Below, piece by piece: positions 1 to 15,329 of a DNA stretch of 64,000 nt; position 1 is the first letter of the stretch, and every line of letters begins with the position of its first letter. The notes under the pieces were generated by a model. The model ran no database searches, was not told the DNA's origin, and was given only the letters and a program-made list of their open reading frames with translations. The position numbers and the translations under genes were made by a program. This DNA comes from Octopus vulgaris (taxonomy: Eukaryota), in the NCBI GenBank assembly GCA_951406725.2, contig OX597831.1:57164001-57228000 (forward strand), in the 5' to 3' direction.

Positions 1-4
1 AATG

Positions 5-60
<56 letters not shown>

Positions 61-61
<1 letters not shown>

Positions 62-197
62 GTTTTAAATTATGGCACAAGCCCAGCAATTTTGGAGAGT
101 GGATAGGCCGATTACACCGACGCCACTAATCAACTGGTACTTTCTTTATTGACCCTAAAGAGATGAAAAGCAAAGTTTTCTGTCAGCTCGCCGCCTT
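61..197 (-). mobile_element. tRNA-derived SINE family A, degraded and internally deleted
   Basis: Reverse complement of the family head (ggcggcgagctg) and tail (gccttgtgccaaaatttgaaacc) seen in the better copies at 5573, 55263 and 54481; flanked by (AAT)n. Confidence 0.7.
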
Positions 198-618
198 AAT
201 AATGGCAATAACAATAGATGATGATGGCATTGATGATAATGACGACGATGATGATGATGATGATGATAATGATTCCCCCAATGGTGGTGTGTTGAGACAG
301 CACAAAGGACAGAGTAGAAAAACCTGAGAAGTTTTATGTTACGACTGGAAGATGAGAAATGGAGTCAAGTCAACTAAATAACTAAATAATAAAGTGTATA
401 TAAGTCTATGTGAGTGTGAGCGTGAGTATTTGTGTATGTATATATATATATACTCAAAAAAATCAAGACAACCACCTGTTACCAATCTGAGAAAATCCAT
501 ACAAAGACATGGACTGTGCCGACTACAAGAACAGGAACAAGAAGAACAACAACAACGATAACAACGACAACAACAACAACAACAGTAACAACAACAATAA
601 TAATAATATAAAATTATA

Positions 619-905
619 TACAATCCTCTTAAGTACAAAATAGCTCGGCTATAGGAAATGAAGCAGGTGAAGACGGTGCCAATTATTGCTGGTTCCCTGG
701 GGGCAGTAACAGAAGGCATCAAGAGGAATATAAAGGAAATCGGAATAGAGTGCCCAGTAGAACTATTACAAAAGATTTGCCTCCTTGGCACGGCCAGAAT
801 AATCAGGAAGGTATGAGATAGTTTAAAAGGACAGATAGAATAGGCAGCAAGTTCACTATGCATGAAAGACTCCAGGTGTTACAACAAAACCTGAGATAAA
901 AAGAA
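619..905 (+). mobile_element. R4/Dong-clade non-LTR retrotransposon, 3' end fragment
   Basis: Translates as LKYKIARL*EMKQVKTVPIIAGSLGAV...LLQKICLLGTARIIRKV, the C-terminus of RLE-type LINE ORFs. A short 3'UTR runs directly into (AAT)n. Confidence 0.8.
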
Positions 906-907
906 TA

Positions 908-987
<80 letters not shown>

Positions 988-1004
988 GGATAATTGTTTC
1001 TACT

Positions 1005-1200
1005 GTAGGCACAAGGCTTGAAATTTAGTGGGGAGTGAGGCTGGTCGATTGCATCAACACCAATAATCAACTTGTACTTATTTTATTTAATCTCGAAGAA
1101 TGAAAGGCAAAAATCCACTTCGGTAGCATTTGAATTCAGAATGTAAAAACAGACGAAATACTGCTACGGATTTTGTTCAACGTGTTAACGATTCTGCCAG
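1005..1200 (-). mobile_element. SINE family A, degraded
   Basis: Homologous to other family A copies (ggcacaagg...tgaaaggcaaa...ttgaattcaga...aacgattctgccag). Confidence 0.75.
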
Positions 1201-1226
1201 AATTATTATTAATAATAATAATAATG

Positions 1227-1300
<74 letters not shown>

Positions 1301-1307
<7 letters not shown>

Positions 1308-2197
1308 TAGAACAGCAACGAGCCATGATAAAACGATGGCAAGAAAAACCCCTTCATGGTAAATACTGGACTAAACTAAACGCAAAAGAAATAGACAAAG
1401 AAAAATCCCAGCAATGGTTGAGAAGCTCAGGACTCAAAGCAGAAACAGAGGGATTTTTAATTGCAGCACAAGACCAAAGCCTCCCCACCAGAAATTACCA
1501 AAAACATGTAATGAAAAGAAATATTACAAGTAACTGCAGAATATGTGGAGATGGACAAGAAACAATAAATCATATTATCTCTAGCTGCCCAGTCCTGGCT
1601 AAGAAGGAATATATTCACAGACATGACAGAGTTGGAACCTACATACATTGGAAGCTATGCCATTATGGAATAACAACAGAAAAAAGATGGTATAGGCACA
1701 CACCAGAAAAGGTCACAGAAAACGAGAAAGCAACCATACTCTGGGATATGCCGATACACACAGATAGAGAAATTAAGGCCAACAGACCAGATATAGTTGT
1801 CAGAGATCATGAAGAAAAAAATACTTTCTAATTGATGTATCAATACCGGCAGATGACAACGTGTCTCTAAAAGAAATGGAGAAAGTCTCAAAATACAAAG
1901 ACCTGGAAATAGAGGTAACTAGAATGTGGAACCTGAAAACAGAAACAATTCCTATCATAGTAGGTGCATTAGGCATGATAAAAAAATATTCAGACAAATA
2001 CATAACAAAAACACCAGGACTTACAAACACATATAACATACAGAAAATTGCACTACTAGGCACTGCACACATCCTACGCAGAACACTTTCCATACAATAA
2101 CCATCAGAGCATCACAACAAATCACAGCACATACCCAAGGCACACAGAGCTGCGCTCGGTAGTGAAGTGAAAGCACGCTATAAAAATAAAACTACTG
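1301..2197 (+). mobile_element. R4/Dong-clade non-LTR retrotransposon, 5'-truncated (CCHC knuckle + restriction-like endonuclease), frameshifted
   Basis: Motifs: KPLHGKY, ETEGFLIAAQDQ, CRICGDGQETINHIISSC, RHD, NRPDIV..LIDVSIP..KYKDL, PIIVGALG, QKIALLGTAHILRR. Frameshift at the A-run near 1815-1822 and stop at 2100. Flanked by (AAT)n on both sides. Confidence 0.92.
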
Positions 2198-2222
2198 AAT
2201 AATAATAATAATAATAATAATA

Positions 2223-2284
<62 letters not shown>

Positions 2285-2322
2285 AATGATGACGATGATG
2301 ATGATGATGATGATGGTGGTGG

Positions 2323-2370
<48 letters not shown>

Positions 2371-2390
2371 CGACGACGACGACGACGACA
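2198..2390. repeat. Compound trinucleotide microsatellite (AAT)n-(GAT)n-(GAC)n
   Basis: Direct reading. Confidence 0.95.
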
Positions 2391-3751
2391 ATAAAATAAT
2401 AATTTCTTTATTTTGCCATCGTCTCCTTTATTTCCACCCTCATCTTCCACTATGTAACCTGACATCAACAGACCAGTTACTGTACCACGTTGAACAGCTT
2501 CCAGTCCTTTCCCTATTTTTTTTTACAATGCTGAGTTGTCGACCACCTGTCACCACTAGAATGTCCCCTCTGCTTCGTGGAAACATAAATTAAATTTTTG
2601 CTGACATTGTTTTCTTTTTTTTTTTTCAATCTGTTCATTCACTTCATCTGAACTGACTAAGGGGGCTTCCAGACATTTTCAGCTGGAAACTATCTTTAAT
2701 TCTCCTTAGTTTCACCCGCATATCTGACGATTTAGACGTTTAACTAGCCCGCCGAACCTTCAATAACGTGGCACTGAGCCAACGTGTTGATAAATATTTT
2801 TAAGTCATGCTATAAGTATTGAGTACTACTGTTTCGTTTTCCCCCCACCAACCTGTGTAACTGCTCTAATTCGTTGTCAAGTATCATCGATAAGTAAATT
2901 ATAACAGTCAAGTATGAAGATATAAACGCATTATATACGCTGAAGAATATCTATTTGTCATCAAGGAAGCTCTGTTTCTTAACAGATCCTTCTATTGCGA
3001 ATACACAAAGCGTGATCAACTGCACATTCAGGAGAGACTGCTTCGAGAAGCAAACTGCCTCTCACACTCGCATGTAAATGCGACTTCAAATCATGAAAAC
3101 ACCTGTCCCAGATAAAGGGACTCGACTAGTTCGAAGTTGATTTGATAAACACCATCAAAATGCTAAGATGTCAGCAGATCTCAACTCTTAAAACAATTAC
3201 GTGGCACACTTCTAACAATCCCCTAATATACACATTCTTGTCGATAAAACAAAGAACATTAACAACACAAATACTACCTCGCATAAACGATTCCTCTCTA
3301 AGAAAATTACCAAAACATAAAAGAAAGCTAATATTTCAACAAACACGCACACACACATACACACATATTTATACATATATGTGTGTGTGTGTGTGCGCAT
3401 TTCTATCCCTATGGGTATATAAACGGTAATGTAGATTACTTACAGAGGCAAAAGGTCTCGTATTTGGGAGAAAGAAACAGCTGATTATATCGACTACGCT
3501 GCTTTGACTTGAACTCATTGATTGATCTCGGAACGAAGAAAATAAAGCATAATTGATCTGAGTGGCATATTTGAACACAAAATATAGAGAGATGTAATTA
3601 AACATCACAAGGTATTTGTCCGACGCCAATCGTCCACAATTAGTTTATATATATATATAACTCTATCTGCCTATCTATCCGTCTATGTATGCATGCATCT
3701 ATCAATACATACATACATACATACACACATGCATACATTTATGTGTGCGTA

Positions 3752-4370
<619 letters not shown>

Positions 4371-4638
4371 ATAGTATCATATGATAGATTTGTGTTGACT
4401 GATTATCACTTCTTAACATCTGTTTCATGGCTGTTTTCTTCTTTGGCTTGCTTTGATTTATTTTCTTTTGAACAGCGATAGTTGAATGTAATTAGGATAA
4501 GGTCATCGGTATTTGTAGAAGCATACATAATTCATTGTTTTTTATTTCCTTATTTTGATTTCGAGTTTTTTTTTTATTTTCCCTCCTTTTGAATTATATC
4601 TTCTGTAGACGTTAGCAATTCAAGAGACAGTAATAAAA

Positions 4639-4695
<57 letters not shown>

Positions 4696-4923
4696 AAAAA
4701 CTGGGAAAGCGTGATTATAACAAGATAGAGAGCGAATACTATTGTGTCTAAGTGTTGATTCAAGCAACATAATGATTACAAAAGTGGAGTAGTTTTATTT
4801 GTTTTTTAATAATATGAGAAAAACTTTTTGAAGAACATTTTCCTATGAGTTTTGTTGTAATCTTTAGTTATTTACATTGTAAATAGGCCTTTTGCACGAA
4901 TCTACATTGAGCAAATGTGCATC

Positions 4924-5101
<178 letters not shown>

Positions 5102-5572
5102 GACTCTACACTGTCGGTGTCATTTCGTTTATAAGGTTCGACACTGGGCAATTGTCCAAGACTGAAATTGTATAAATAATTTAAATCCTAACGTGAATGG
5201 AAAAATGCATTGGCATCAAATAAAATAATGCATTACAAAAAGGGAGGAAAAACAAAATTCTTAATGCTCTGTAAGCCCTTATGCAAATTACCAGTGTTCC
5301 TCTATTGTCATGTTTTAAAACAAGCAATGTAGGAAAACCTGTTTTTCCAACGAATTCAAATATTCCTAAAGTTACGAAAATCAAGTTGCTAACCTGTTTC
5401 TCAATCCCAACTATCGTTCCTTTCTCCGTTTCGTTTCATTCTTCTCGCCCACGTTTCCTCTATCTTCCTGGCTCTTTGTCTGTCGTCGACATCTCTCACC
5501 CCCCCCACATCAATTCGTTAACTCACTCTCACTCCTTCGCTCTCTACCTTATGTATATATATATATATATAT

Positions 5573-5987
5573 GGCGGCGAGCTGGCAGACACGTTAGCGC
5601 GCCGGGCGAAATGCTTAGCGGTATATCGTCTGTCGTTACGTTGTGAGTTCAAATTCCGCCGAGGTCGACTTGGCCTTTGATCCTTTCGGAGTCGATAAAT
5701 TAATTACCAGTTACGCACTGGGGTCGATGAAATCGATTTAATACCTATGTCTGTCCTTGATTGTCCCCTCTGTGTTTAGCACCTTGTGGGTAATAAAGAA
5801 ATAGGTATTTCGTCTTTCGTTACGTTCTGAGTTCAAATTTCGCCGAGGTCAACTTTGCCTTTCATTCTTTCGGGGTCGATAAATAAAGTACCAGTTTCGC
5901 ACTGGGGGCGATATAATCGACTCAATCCCTCCGTCTGTCCTTGTTTGTCCCCTCTATGTTTAGCCCCTTTTGGGCAGTAAAGAAATA
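5573..5987 (+). mobile_element. SINE family A, head plus two tandem body units
   Basis: tRNA-like A box (tggcagacacgttag) and B box (gagttcaaattcc), then the core gcctttcatcctttcggggtcgataaa..agtaccagt, which resembles the Deu/Nin SINE domain. The second unit restarts at 5804. Inserted in (TA)n. Confidence 0.9.
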
Positions 5988-6096
5988 TATATATATATAA
6001 TTGATGTCGACCTCTCTCTCTCTCTTTCTCTTTCTCTCTTACCGTCTCTTCCACATTTTTTCATCTCTGTCGTTGTCTGCTTGTCATTATTTTCCC

Positions 6097-6176
<80 letters not shown>

Positions 6177-6194
6177 CCTACCTACCTACCTACA

Positions 6195-6264
<70 letters not shown>

Positions 6265-6318
6265 CCTACATACCCACCTACCTGCCTGCCTGCCTCTCTC
6301 CCTTCCTCCCTCCCTACC

Positions 6319-6349
<31 letters not shown>

Positions 6350-6350
<1 letters not shown>

Positions 6351-6717
6351 GAGGTCTAGTTGTTAGGGTAGCGGACTCGCGGTCGTAGGATCGCGGTTTC
6401 GACTCCCAGACCGGATGTCGAGAGTGTTTATTGAACGAAAACACCTAAAAGCCCCACGAAGCTCCGGCGAGGTGGGGGTGAACCCTGCTGTACTCTTTCA
6501 CCACAACTTTCTCTCACTCATTCATCCTGTCTCTGTTGTACCTGTATTTCAAAGGGCCAGCCTTGTCACTCTTTGTGTCACGCTGAATCTCCTCGAGAAT
6601 TCCGTTAAGGGTACGCGTGTCTGTGGGGTGCTCAGCCACTTGCACGTTAGTTTCACGAGCTGGCTGTTCCGTTGATCAGATCAACTGGAACTCTCGTCGT
6701 CGTAACCGACGGAGTGC
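6350..6717 (+). mobile_element. tRNA-derived SINE family C
   Basis: Homologous to 16457-16840; B box ggtttcgactccc; 3' end cgtcgtaaccgacggagtgc. Confidence 0.88.
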
Positions 6718-7127
6718 CACGAATATATATATATATATATATATCTTGAAGAAAGGTTTTAAATTATTATATATTGATAATCTTAAAAAAAAAAAAGAAA
6801 AAAAAAAACGTTATGGCAGAAAGTTTCCGTGTTGTGTTGAAAGCTTTTCGCTGTTTTTAGCTTTTCAAACACGCATGTTATAATGTACAAAATTTATGCC
6901 GTACTGTGTCAGTCTATTTTCTAAGGATTTTCTTTCTAATTGATGATTTTTAATTTCAAGAAAATCTTCCTTCAAATATTGTGATTTTATCAAGAACTTT
7001 TCTAAAAAAGTGGTTAAACATACATACGTACATACATTCATATACACATATAGACAGACAGATACACAGACAGATACACAGACACATGCACACACACACA
7101 CAATACATACATACATACATACATACA

Positions 7128-7160
<33 letters not shown>

Positions 7161-7270
7161 GTGCGCGCGTGCAGATGTCATGTGTACATTATTATCGTCG
7201 CTACTTCGTGTGCTTATTCTGAACATTACATACACACTATCTATCAATCTATCTATCATCTATCTATCTA

Positions 7271-7408
<138 letters not shown>

Positions 7409-7982
7409 CACTAGGAGGCAGAAAGAGAATTGTGATTGATAATAAGCAAATAAAGAAATGCCGATCAGAAGTAATGGTGGGGAGATGAGCTGGTTCCCTT
7501 TCGTATTGTCGATAATGTTCGTTATTTGAAGCCGCATATTTAATAAATCACGAACTCCTCGCCAGGACCGCACCATCACTTAACATTTATTAATTAGAGA
7601 AATATGAATATAAAACATGTAACCGGCAAGGAATACGAAATAGGGAGGAAATGGTTCTTCAAAGTTGGCCCCCTTAAACAGGGGCCTCTTGATCTTCAGG
7701 GGGAGGGAAAAAGCGGGATACTATTGTAAAATAAGGGATGGGATTCATTTTCTAGATTTAGTCTTCAGTGAAAAGCAAAACTGGCGATGCACATAATCTC
7801 GGGAAAGTACTTAACTGAAATAAGAGAGGCTTTATACGTTGCCCAGCCTTTAATTGCACGAACACTAACACCCAGCGACATACGACTATCAATGTCAAAA
7901 TACGAGCACATGTATGTATGTATGTATGTATGTATATATGTAAGTATGTATGTATGTATGTATGTATGTATGTATGTATGTT

Positions 7983-8021
<39 letters not shown>

Positions 8022-8037
8022 CTTTCTTCTCTCTCTC

Positions 8038-8104
<67 letters not shown>

Positions 8105-8239
8105 ATGTATGTATATATAAACACACATACCTACACGAATACACTTATCTTAAATTGTTAATTAATAACATTTTAATATTACTTTTGGCAGCCTTCACAT
8201 TAAATTTATTTACATACGAAGACAAGTTTTTTTATATAC

Positions 8240-8300
<61 letters not shown>

Positions 8301-8338
8301 GTATGTATACATATATACATATACACATAGCTACTTAT

Positions 8339-8389
<51 letters not shown>

Positions 8390-8469
8390 TAATTATTCAG
8401 TGATGCCATTTTAATCTAATGTTTTCTCGCTTACATATATGAAGTGTATTTACATATATAGTGTTAAAT

Positions 8470-8600
8470 ACAATGAACAATGAAAAAAAAGGTCAACATA
8501 GGAAGAATAAAGTTGAACACAAAAAGTATTAGCTTAACGCTTTACTGGAAAGAGGAGCGGCCAAGCGTTTCGGATGTTTGTCATTCCTTAGCAGAACTGG
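8470..8600 (-). mobile_element. Highly degraded short PLE-like element
   Basis: Shares aagtattagcttaacgc...cgtttcg with the 9927 and 56083 copies; the ribozyme core is decayed (CUGCUAA...GAAAC). Confidence 0.4.
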
Positions 8601-9926
8601 TTGAGAAGTGAAATGATAGCGCGAGATCTGTACGTTACTGGGTTTAAGTGACAAATGCTTGTTCTACGCTTTTGCCATTCTCTCGGTCACCATAGTAGAC
8701 ACCAGTGACAAGTATTGCAAGATGACTCGTACTATTTACACTGTATGTTTTATGTCAGAGCATTGTTTTTCTTGAAGGCGGCTCAGTCAAAAACGATGGC
8801 AGCCGCTTTTACTCTTGGGAAATAATTTAAACCATAGATAGGGCGCTGGCAGGTTAGTACCGAGTTGGAACGGACCTAGGGGTAATGATAATTAAAGGGT
8901 GACTCAACGCTTCATATAAATTTGAATCTGAAGTCCAACACCACGTCCGGCATTCTGTGGTTCAAAGATGTCCAAAGCTAAAACATGCCCAAATTTATCA
9001 ATTTCAACGTCGATGATAATTATCCTCCCATAATTATCTCCTACTAAAAGTCATCAATTTTGTCAGGAGATACACTAATATCACTCAAATCGACTTTTCG
9101 GCAGCTCCTTCATCTTTAAAACGGGCGCTTAATGGGTTAAGAAGGACGGAGCTATTGATACTGCAATCATCATAGAAAATCTTATTGGAACGAAATTATT
9201 CAAGTTCGTATGTTGTTTCTGTGGAACGAAATGAAAAGTCTGTTTAACGATACTAGCGTTGTGCTTTACAGAGATGACAGGCTCGTCGTATTGGGCTATG
9301 TGAAATGGCACACAGCTGAAATGTTCAAGAGTAATAATAACAACATTCAAAAATCGACTCGCGGCGGACAGTTGAAGTAACCTTATAGTGATACACTTAA
9401 ACTGAACTCAGAATCAAATGAGCCATTCAAGAATCCAGAGAGCACTTTGATTTATATTCATAAATTAGCCAACGACCCACTGAACGTTGTGAAGTAAGTT
9501 CCAATAGACACTAGAAAAGGGATAAGTAAACTACGAAGCTACGTTCAACATGCCTTTAGTGTTGTACAGTGAGACACTTAAACGTAGCCAAGAACTCACC
9601 AGAAAACGAAGTGTTAAATGGTACAATCCAACAAACAACATTCGTGTAAAATCCAATATTGTGTGTTTATATGCATGCGTTTGTATGTATGGTGCGCAGT
9701 TGCACACTTAAAGATTACAGGCACCACTTCCACTAAGCCGATAAAAAGAAACTCTTGGGGTCTATTGTCACTAGACTGCTTCCTAGGGGTGGAAATGATG
9801 TCCGTTTGGTTGAGGGCATACGCTGAATAAAAAAAAGAACATCTTACTCAGAAACTAAATTCTGTTAAAAAATATATATACATTTGTGTGTGTATGAGTG
9901 TGTGTGTTTGTGTGTGTATGAAGTTC

Positions 9927-10100
9927 AAATTTACAGAAAAAAGGACGAAGACAAGTGAAGGAACAAGAAGCAGGTGTATTAGTTTAACGCTCGGAAAGAA
10001 TGGAAAAGTGTTTGACGTTTCGAGCCTACGCGCTTCGACAGAGAGGATTGAGATGAGAAAATAGAGAGAAAATGCAACCAGACGGAGAGAGAACAAATTG
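9927..10100 (-). mobile_element. Short non-autonomous Penelope-like (pLTR-type) element with hammerhead-like motif
   Basis: Near-collinear with 56083-56240. Minus strand 10010-10045 reads CUGUCGA A GCGC GUAG GCUC GAAA CG UC. Confidence 0.7.
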
Positions 10101-10760
10101 TGTAGGGATTAACGGTTTAGCATGATGAATTGGCTGCAAATATACGTATATATATTTGTGTGTGTGTATGTATTTGGCTGAGGTAAATTTATATTCTGTA
10201 GAAATATGAGAAACTAACTCTTCATTGCTGTTCCTAGGACTGAACGTTAATCAAATTTCACAGACGAAAGAAATGTCTTGAGACTTGATATTACGAACGT
10301 AATCATAATTTTGATGCGACATACGATTCATACATTAATCATATATTCCCCTAAACTAGTCATCCATTCGTGTTTACTTACATCTATCCCCTCCAAAAGT
10401 TACATATTACATGAACTGTACATTTCAATGTTAATATCACAATTAAAATAATATTTTAATTGAATTTGTAATATATCATATAATCTTGATACTACCATAA
10501 TACTTTTTATCTTTTAAAGTATCGTAGTGAATGTAATTCTTAATTCAATATTTTATGACTTGCATTGTGATAACTTTTCTTATCTTTTAACTCTCGTATT
10601 ATACGCTACCATACAGATAATAGTACATTAGTTTTGTTAATAAAAATGGAAAAAAGCCAAAATTTGCAAGTGCTGAAAACGTAGCAAAGCAAATACATTA
10701 ATCATTTGAAAAGAAAATCAGCAATATAGAACCACCAACCATAATATTTATTATATCGGA

Positions 10761-10761
<1 letters not shown>

Positions 10762-10838
<77 letters not shown>

Positions 10839-10894
10839 GTCCCTCTTTCTTTCTTTCTTTTTTCTTTCTTTCTTTCTTTCTTTCTTTCTGTCCC

Positions 10895-10938
<44 letters not shown>

Positions 10939-10950
10939 ACTTCCTGTCCT

Positions 10951-10989
<39 letters not shown>

Positions 10990-11105
10990 GTCCCTCTTTC
11001 TTACATTCTTTCTTTCTTTCGTTCTCTCCGTCTTTCTTACATTCTTTCTTTCTTTCGTTCTCTCCCTCTTTCTTACATTCTTTCTTTCTTTCTTTCTTTC
11101 TTTCT
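10762..11105. repeat. (TTTC)n microsatellite with higher-order degenerate units
   Basis: Direct reading; source of the KKER-repeat ORF. Confidence 0.95.
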
Positions 11106-11403
11106 TATTTCTATAGTTACTCACATTTCTCTTACAAATCTTCCTAATTTCGTCTGTCCTTATGACACAGAAACGTATTTATTGGAATAATGACAAATCT
11201 TAAATATGCTACACATGTACAGCCATTCTCTCCATTTTTTTTTGTTCTTTTGTGAGAGAAAAAGGTGAACATGTGTTGCGTCAAGGCTTTTAACCAGAGT
11301 CCTTTGTATAGAGCAGTCGCCAGTGTTTCTATGCACATATGTCTATTGCGCGCATACACAAGCACGCTTTTTATACACACCCAAGCACATGTACATAGAC
11401 ATA

Positions 11404-11458
<55 letters not shown>

Positions 11459-11689
11459 ATACACATAAATACACACACATATGTATACATTCATATCTAT
11501 ATCTATCTATCTATCTATCTCTCTCTGTATATATATATATTTACATACATATGTGTGTATAAACATACATCTACACACACACACAAACACACATATATAT
11601 ATTTATTTAACACGCGCACGCGCACACACTCATTCATATATATCACACACATACATACTGAAACAGAGAGCAAAGCCCTTGCAACTTCA

Positions 11690-12315
11690 AGATGCAACTG
11701 AAAGAGTCGATTACGTCAGATTGTTTGTGGAAGACATCACACATGTGACCAGCAGCTGTCCAAAAATGTCATCAAGGTACTACCTCCCAAGGCGACATGA
11801 CATTGTCGTTAAAACAATATACATCCAAAAACAAAAACAAAAAGAAAGAAGGAAAAGATTGTCTTATGATAAATATAGAAAATCTTCCTGTTACCAAGTA
11901 CATACATACGTACGTAAGCATCAACCCAAGGAATATTGATGAAACATTACAATCAAAGTTTCTACCAAGAGCAAGCATATCTGACCAGATAAAGTTGTTT
12001 GGGTAGACCAAGGAAAAGTATGTATCTTTATACAAGAGAGCTAAACTACTGGTGTAAATATCTCTTCAAAAATCATACAGAAAGAAGTTAACTCAGGACA
12101 AATGCTTCGAAACCTTCAGCATCCAAGTATACCCAAATTATATATTCACATCTATACCAATGATAATTGGCGCACTTGGTTTTGTTAATACATGCCTAAG
12201 TGATAGTGTGAAAAAGCAAGGGTTTTTCAGAGAAAGAAATCACCCAGCTAATACGCACACTAGAAATACAGTTTGTAAGTGGAACAATAATGTTATGCAA
12301 GACTTTTCTTGATTA
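11690..12315 (+). mobile_element. Degraded R4/Dong-type LINE fragment (zinc knuckle/RLE region)
   Basis: VEDITHVTSSCPKMSSRYYLPRRHDIV and downstream IPMIIGALG; same family as 21700-22150. Confidence 0.75.
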
Positions 12316-12435
12316 TTGTTTTTTTTTTTGTTATTTATCTTCTAAAGATGGAGATTTGTATCTTTGTTAGAAGGCAGATCCTTCCTTAAAGGAAGACTTC
12401 AAATAACAAAAAAATGGACGAGAACATATATGTGT

Positions 12436-12476
<41 letters not shown>

Positions 12477-13201
12477 TTCGTTTTACGCTGAGAAGCGGTT
12501 CACGGTACCAGAACTTTCGATTTGAATTAAATATATCAAACTACTCCAAATCGTTGTTAGTATATATGCGCATTAGAATCTGGACCGGCTATTGGCATCG
12601 AGTCGCATAAGTTGTAGTAATAAAGTCAAACCAAATAGTAATATTTTGAAGTCATTTAATACGCACGTTTCAGGGATGCTTAATATATTTATAGAGATCA
12701 TTTATTACGTCACTCTTCCTCAGTTCAAACATTTCAAAATATGAAGCAATCGATGGAAATATTTCAATATATGCAGTCAGAGAAGTAAGTCGGCTACTAA
12801 GTTAGGAGGATGGATGTGCATATAGAAGGGGGTAAAGAAAAGAGATAAAAGGTGTGTGTGTGTGTGTGTGTGAGGGAGAGAGAGAGAGAGAAAATGAAGA
12901 AAAAACAAGAGAAGGATATTGTTATGTCACACGTTCGGATGCCTTCTACTCAACTTGACTCTTCTCTTCTCCTCTCAATGTCTAGACTTCTCCCTCTATA
13001 TCTACGTATTGGGCTAGTCCACTTCGTCGTCTGGGGGCGTCGGCACAACAGATATATATAAAGTGAGATGGTTGGGAAAGGGAATAAATGATGTACGAGT
13101 GAATAGTATTTAAAGAAAATGAGATCGTTGTTTCTGTTTGCATACAAAATATAGGGAAAAGGATATATAGGGAAGAAGATCAAGGGGTAGAGTATACATA
13201 T

Positions 13202-13604
13202 CTCTTTAACTCTTTTACTCTTTTAATTGTTTCAGTCATTTGACTATGGCCATGCTGGAGCACCGCCTTTTTAGTCGAGCAAATCGACCCCAGGACTTAT
13301 TCTTTGTAAGCCTAGTACTTATTCTATCGGTCTCTTTTGCCGAACCGCTATGTTACGGTGACGCAAACACACCAGCATCGGTTGTCAAGCGAAGTTGGAG
13401 GACACACACAGACACACAAACACATACATATATATATATATATATGACGGGCTTCTTCCAGTTTCCGTCTACCAAATCCACTCACAAGGCTTTGGTGGGC
13501 CCGAGGCTATAGTAGAAGTAGAAGACACTTGCCCAAGGTGCCACGCAGTGGGACTGAACCCGGAAACATGTGGTTGGTAAGCAAGCTACTTACCACACAG
13601 CCAC
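13202..13604 (-). mobile_element. tRNA-derived SINE family B (CORE-like)
   Basis: Minus strand reads gtggctgtgtggtaag...ccgggttcagtccc...gcaccttgggcaagtgtcttct (CORE-like), with an internal TA/CA microsatellite and a (gagtaaaa)n tail. Confidence 0.9.
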
Positions 13605-14060
13605 ATATATAAAAAGGTTCTGAAAGTATTAGGGACTTAAGGAGTTACAAAAAAGACGTAAGGATGGCAATGTAGTTTCTACCAATGAACACATGTGGGA
13701 TATGAGTTTGAAATGAGGGCTTTAGTTTTCTATCCTACTTGCATTGGCTCCGCCAGGTTATCAGAGGAGTGATTAGCGAAAAGCAGAGCGAAGCAAACGA
13801 CACCGCGTATATGGAAAATTATGCGAAACCAAAACTCGAAGTGAAAATCAAATCATAACAAAGTAATTGCTTCACATTTAGGGTAATTTCGTTGACCCTT
13901 GTTTAGTGTGGTGATTGCAATGGATGATTTCAGACGGAAAGATTTCAGAGTTTTCCAGGTAGCACTAATGCCACTCGACCATACTGTCAGTAAAAGAAAG
14001 CGCTATGACCGTCAATCAACAAAAGACTGAAATGTTTCTCAGTGATACATATATGTATAT

Positions 14061-14451
<391 letters not shown>

Positions 14452-15329
14452 TTATACTCGTTAAAGCTATACTACTTATCGGACTGTGGTCATGCTGAGG
14501 CAGCACCTTCGGGGGTTTTTGCTTATTATTATCTCAGTACATATTTCCCCTCTATAAATATTTACTCAAAATGTATGTGTCACGTCATGGCTATAAAAAA
14601 AAATAAATAAAGCTATAAATGAAAGCACTTGCCTCATACCGCCACTACCACGTGCTGGTATTGAATTCAGAACCCAAACGATTGCAAAATTATACACATT
14701 TACCACACGGGTTCTCTTTTCTGAACAATTATGTATTAAAAAAAATATCTAATGTGTCTTTTCACTTGTATTTACAATCTTCTGTGTAGCTGACTCCCTT
14801 GGGCCTAAATTGAAAGGAGGCTTGATGTAATTCAATATAACGTTTGTTCATCTGTTCTGTAGTCATAAATCAAAGCAAAAAAAAATCAACAAAACGCGCG
14901 CGCGAACACACATACACACACACACACCCACACCCACACAAACCACCACCGCCATGATGCATTCTTTATACTTAGCGACTTGTCATTATATTAGTTCGTA
15001 ATTTATATTTAGCTTTTTTTGTTTTTGACTTCTTATAATATTGTTTCTTATGAACTCTCTTTGTAACCTTGTTTTCAAATCTTAGTGAAGAGTCTGTAAT
15101 CATAGAGGAGTGTTATCGTTAGACAAGCTTCGGGTTAGCAGTCAGGTCTTTGTATAAATTGTATTATGCTGATTTTAGACAGGTTGTATGCCGACAAAAA
15201 TATGTCTCCGATAAGACTGAAACATGAAGTGGTGATATAAAGATTCATCCCATTTTAGATTGACTATCATCTCAAGTTGTCATCCTTCAGTGATGTCTAA
15301 TAGTATTTAATCGTGTCGCAAGTTACCGC

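Noticed and set aside
2918-3115. 65-codon open frame (…DQLHIQERLLREANC…)
   Set aside because: No start codon, no recognised homology, and a second frame is similarly open.
7650-7705. Minus-strand CUGAAGA plus a GC hairpin
   Set aside because: GAAA is replaced by GAAG and there is no stem I, so it is too degenerate to count.
10762-11105. Regularly spaced repeats resembling a CRISPR array
   Set aside because: Eukaryotic (TTTC)n-derived minisatellite with no unique spacers or cas genes.
15162-15173. miR-1993-like tattatgctgat
   Set aside because: Only 12 nt match and no complementary 5' arm is present.
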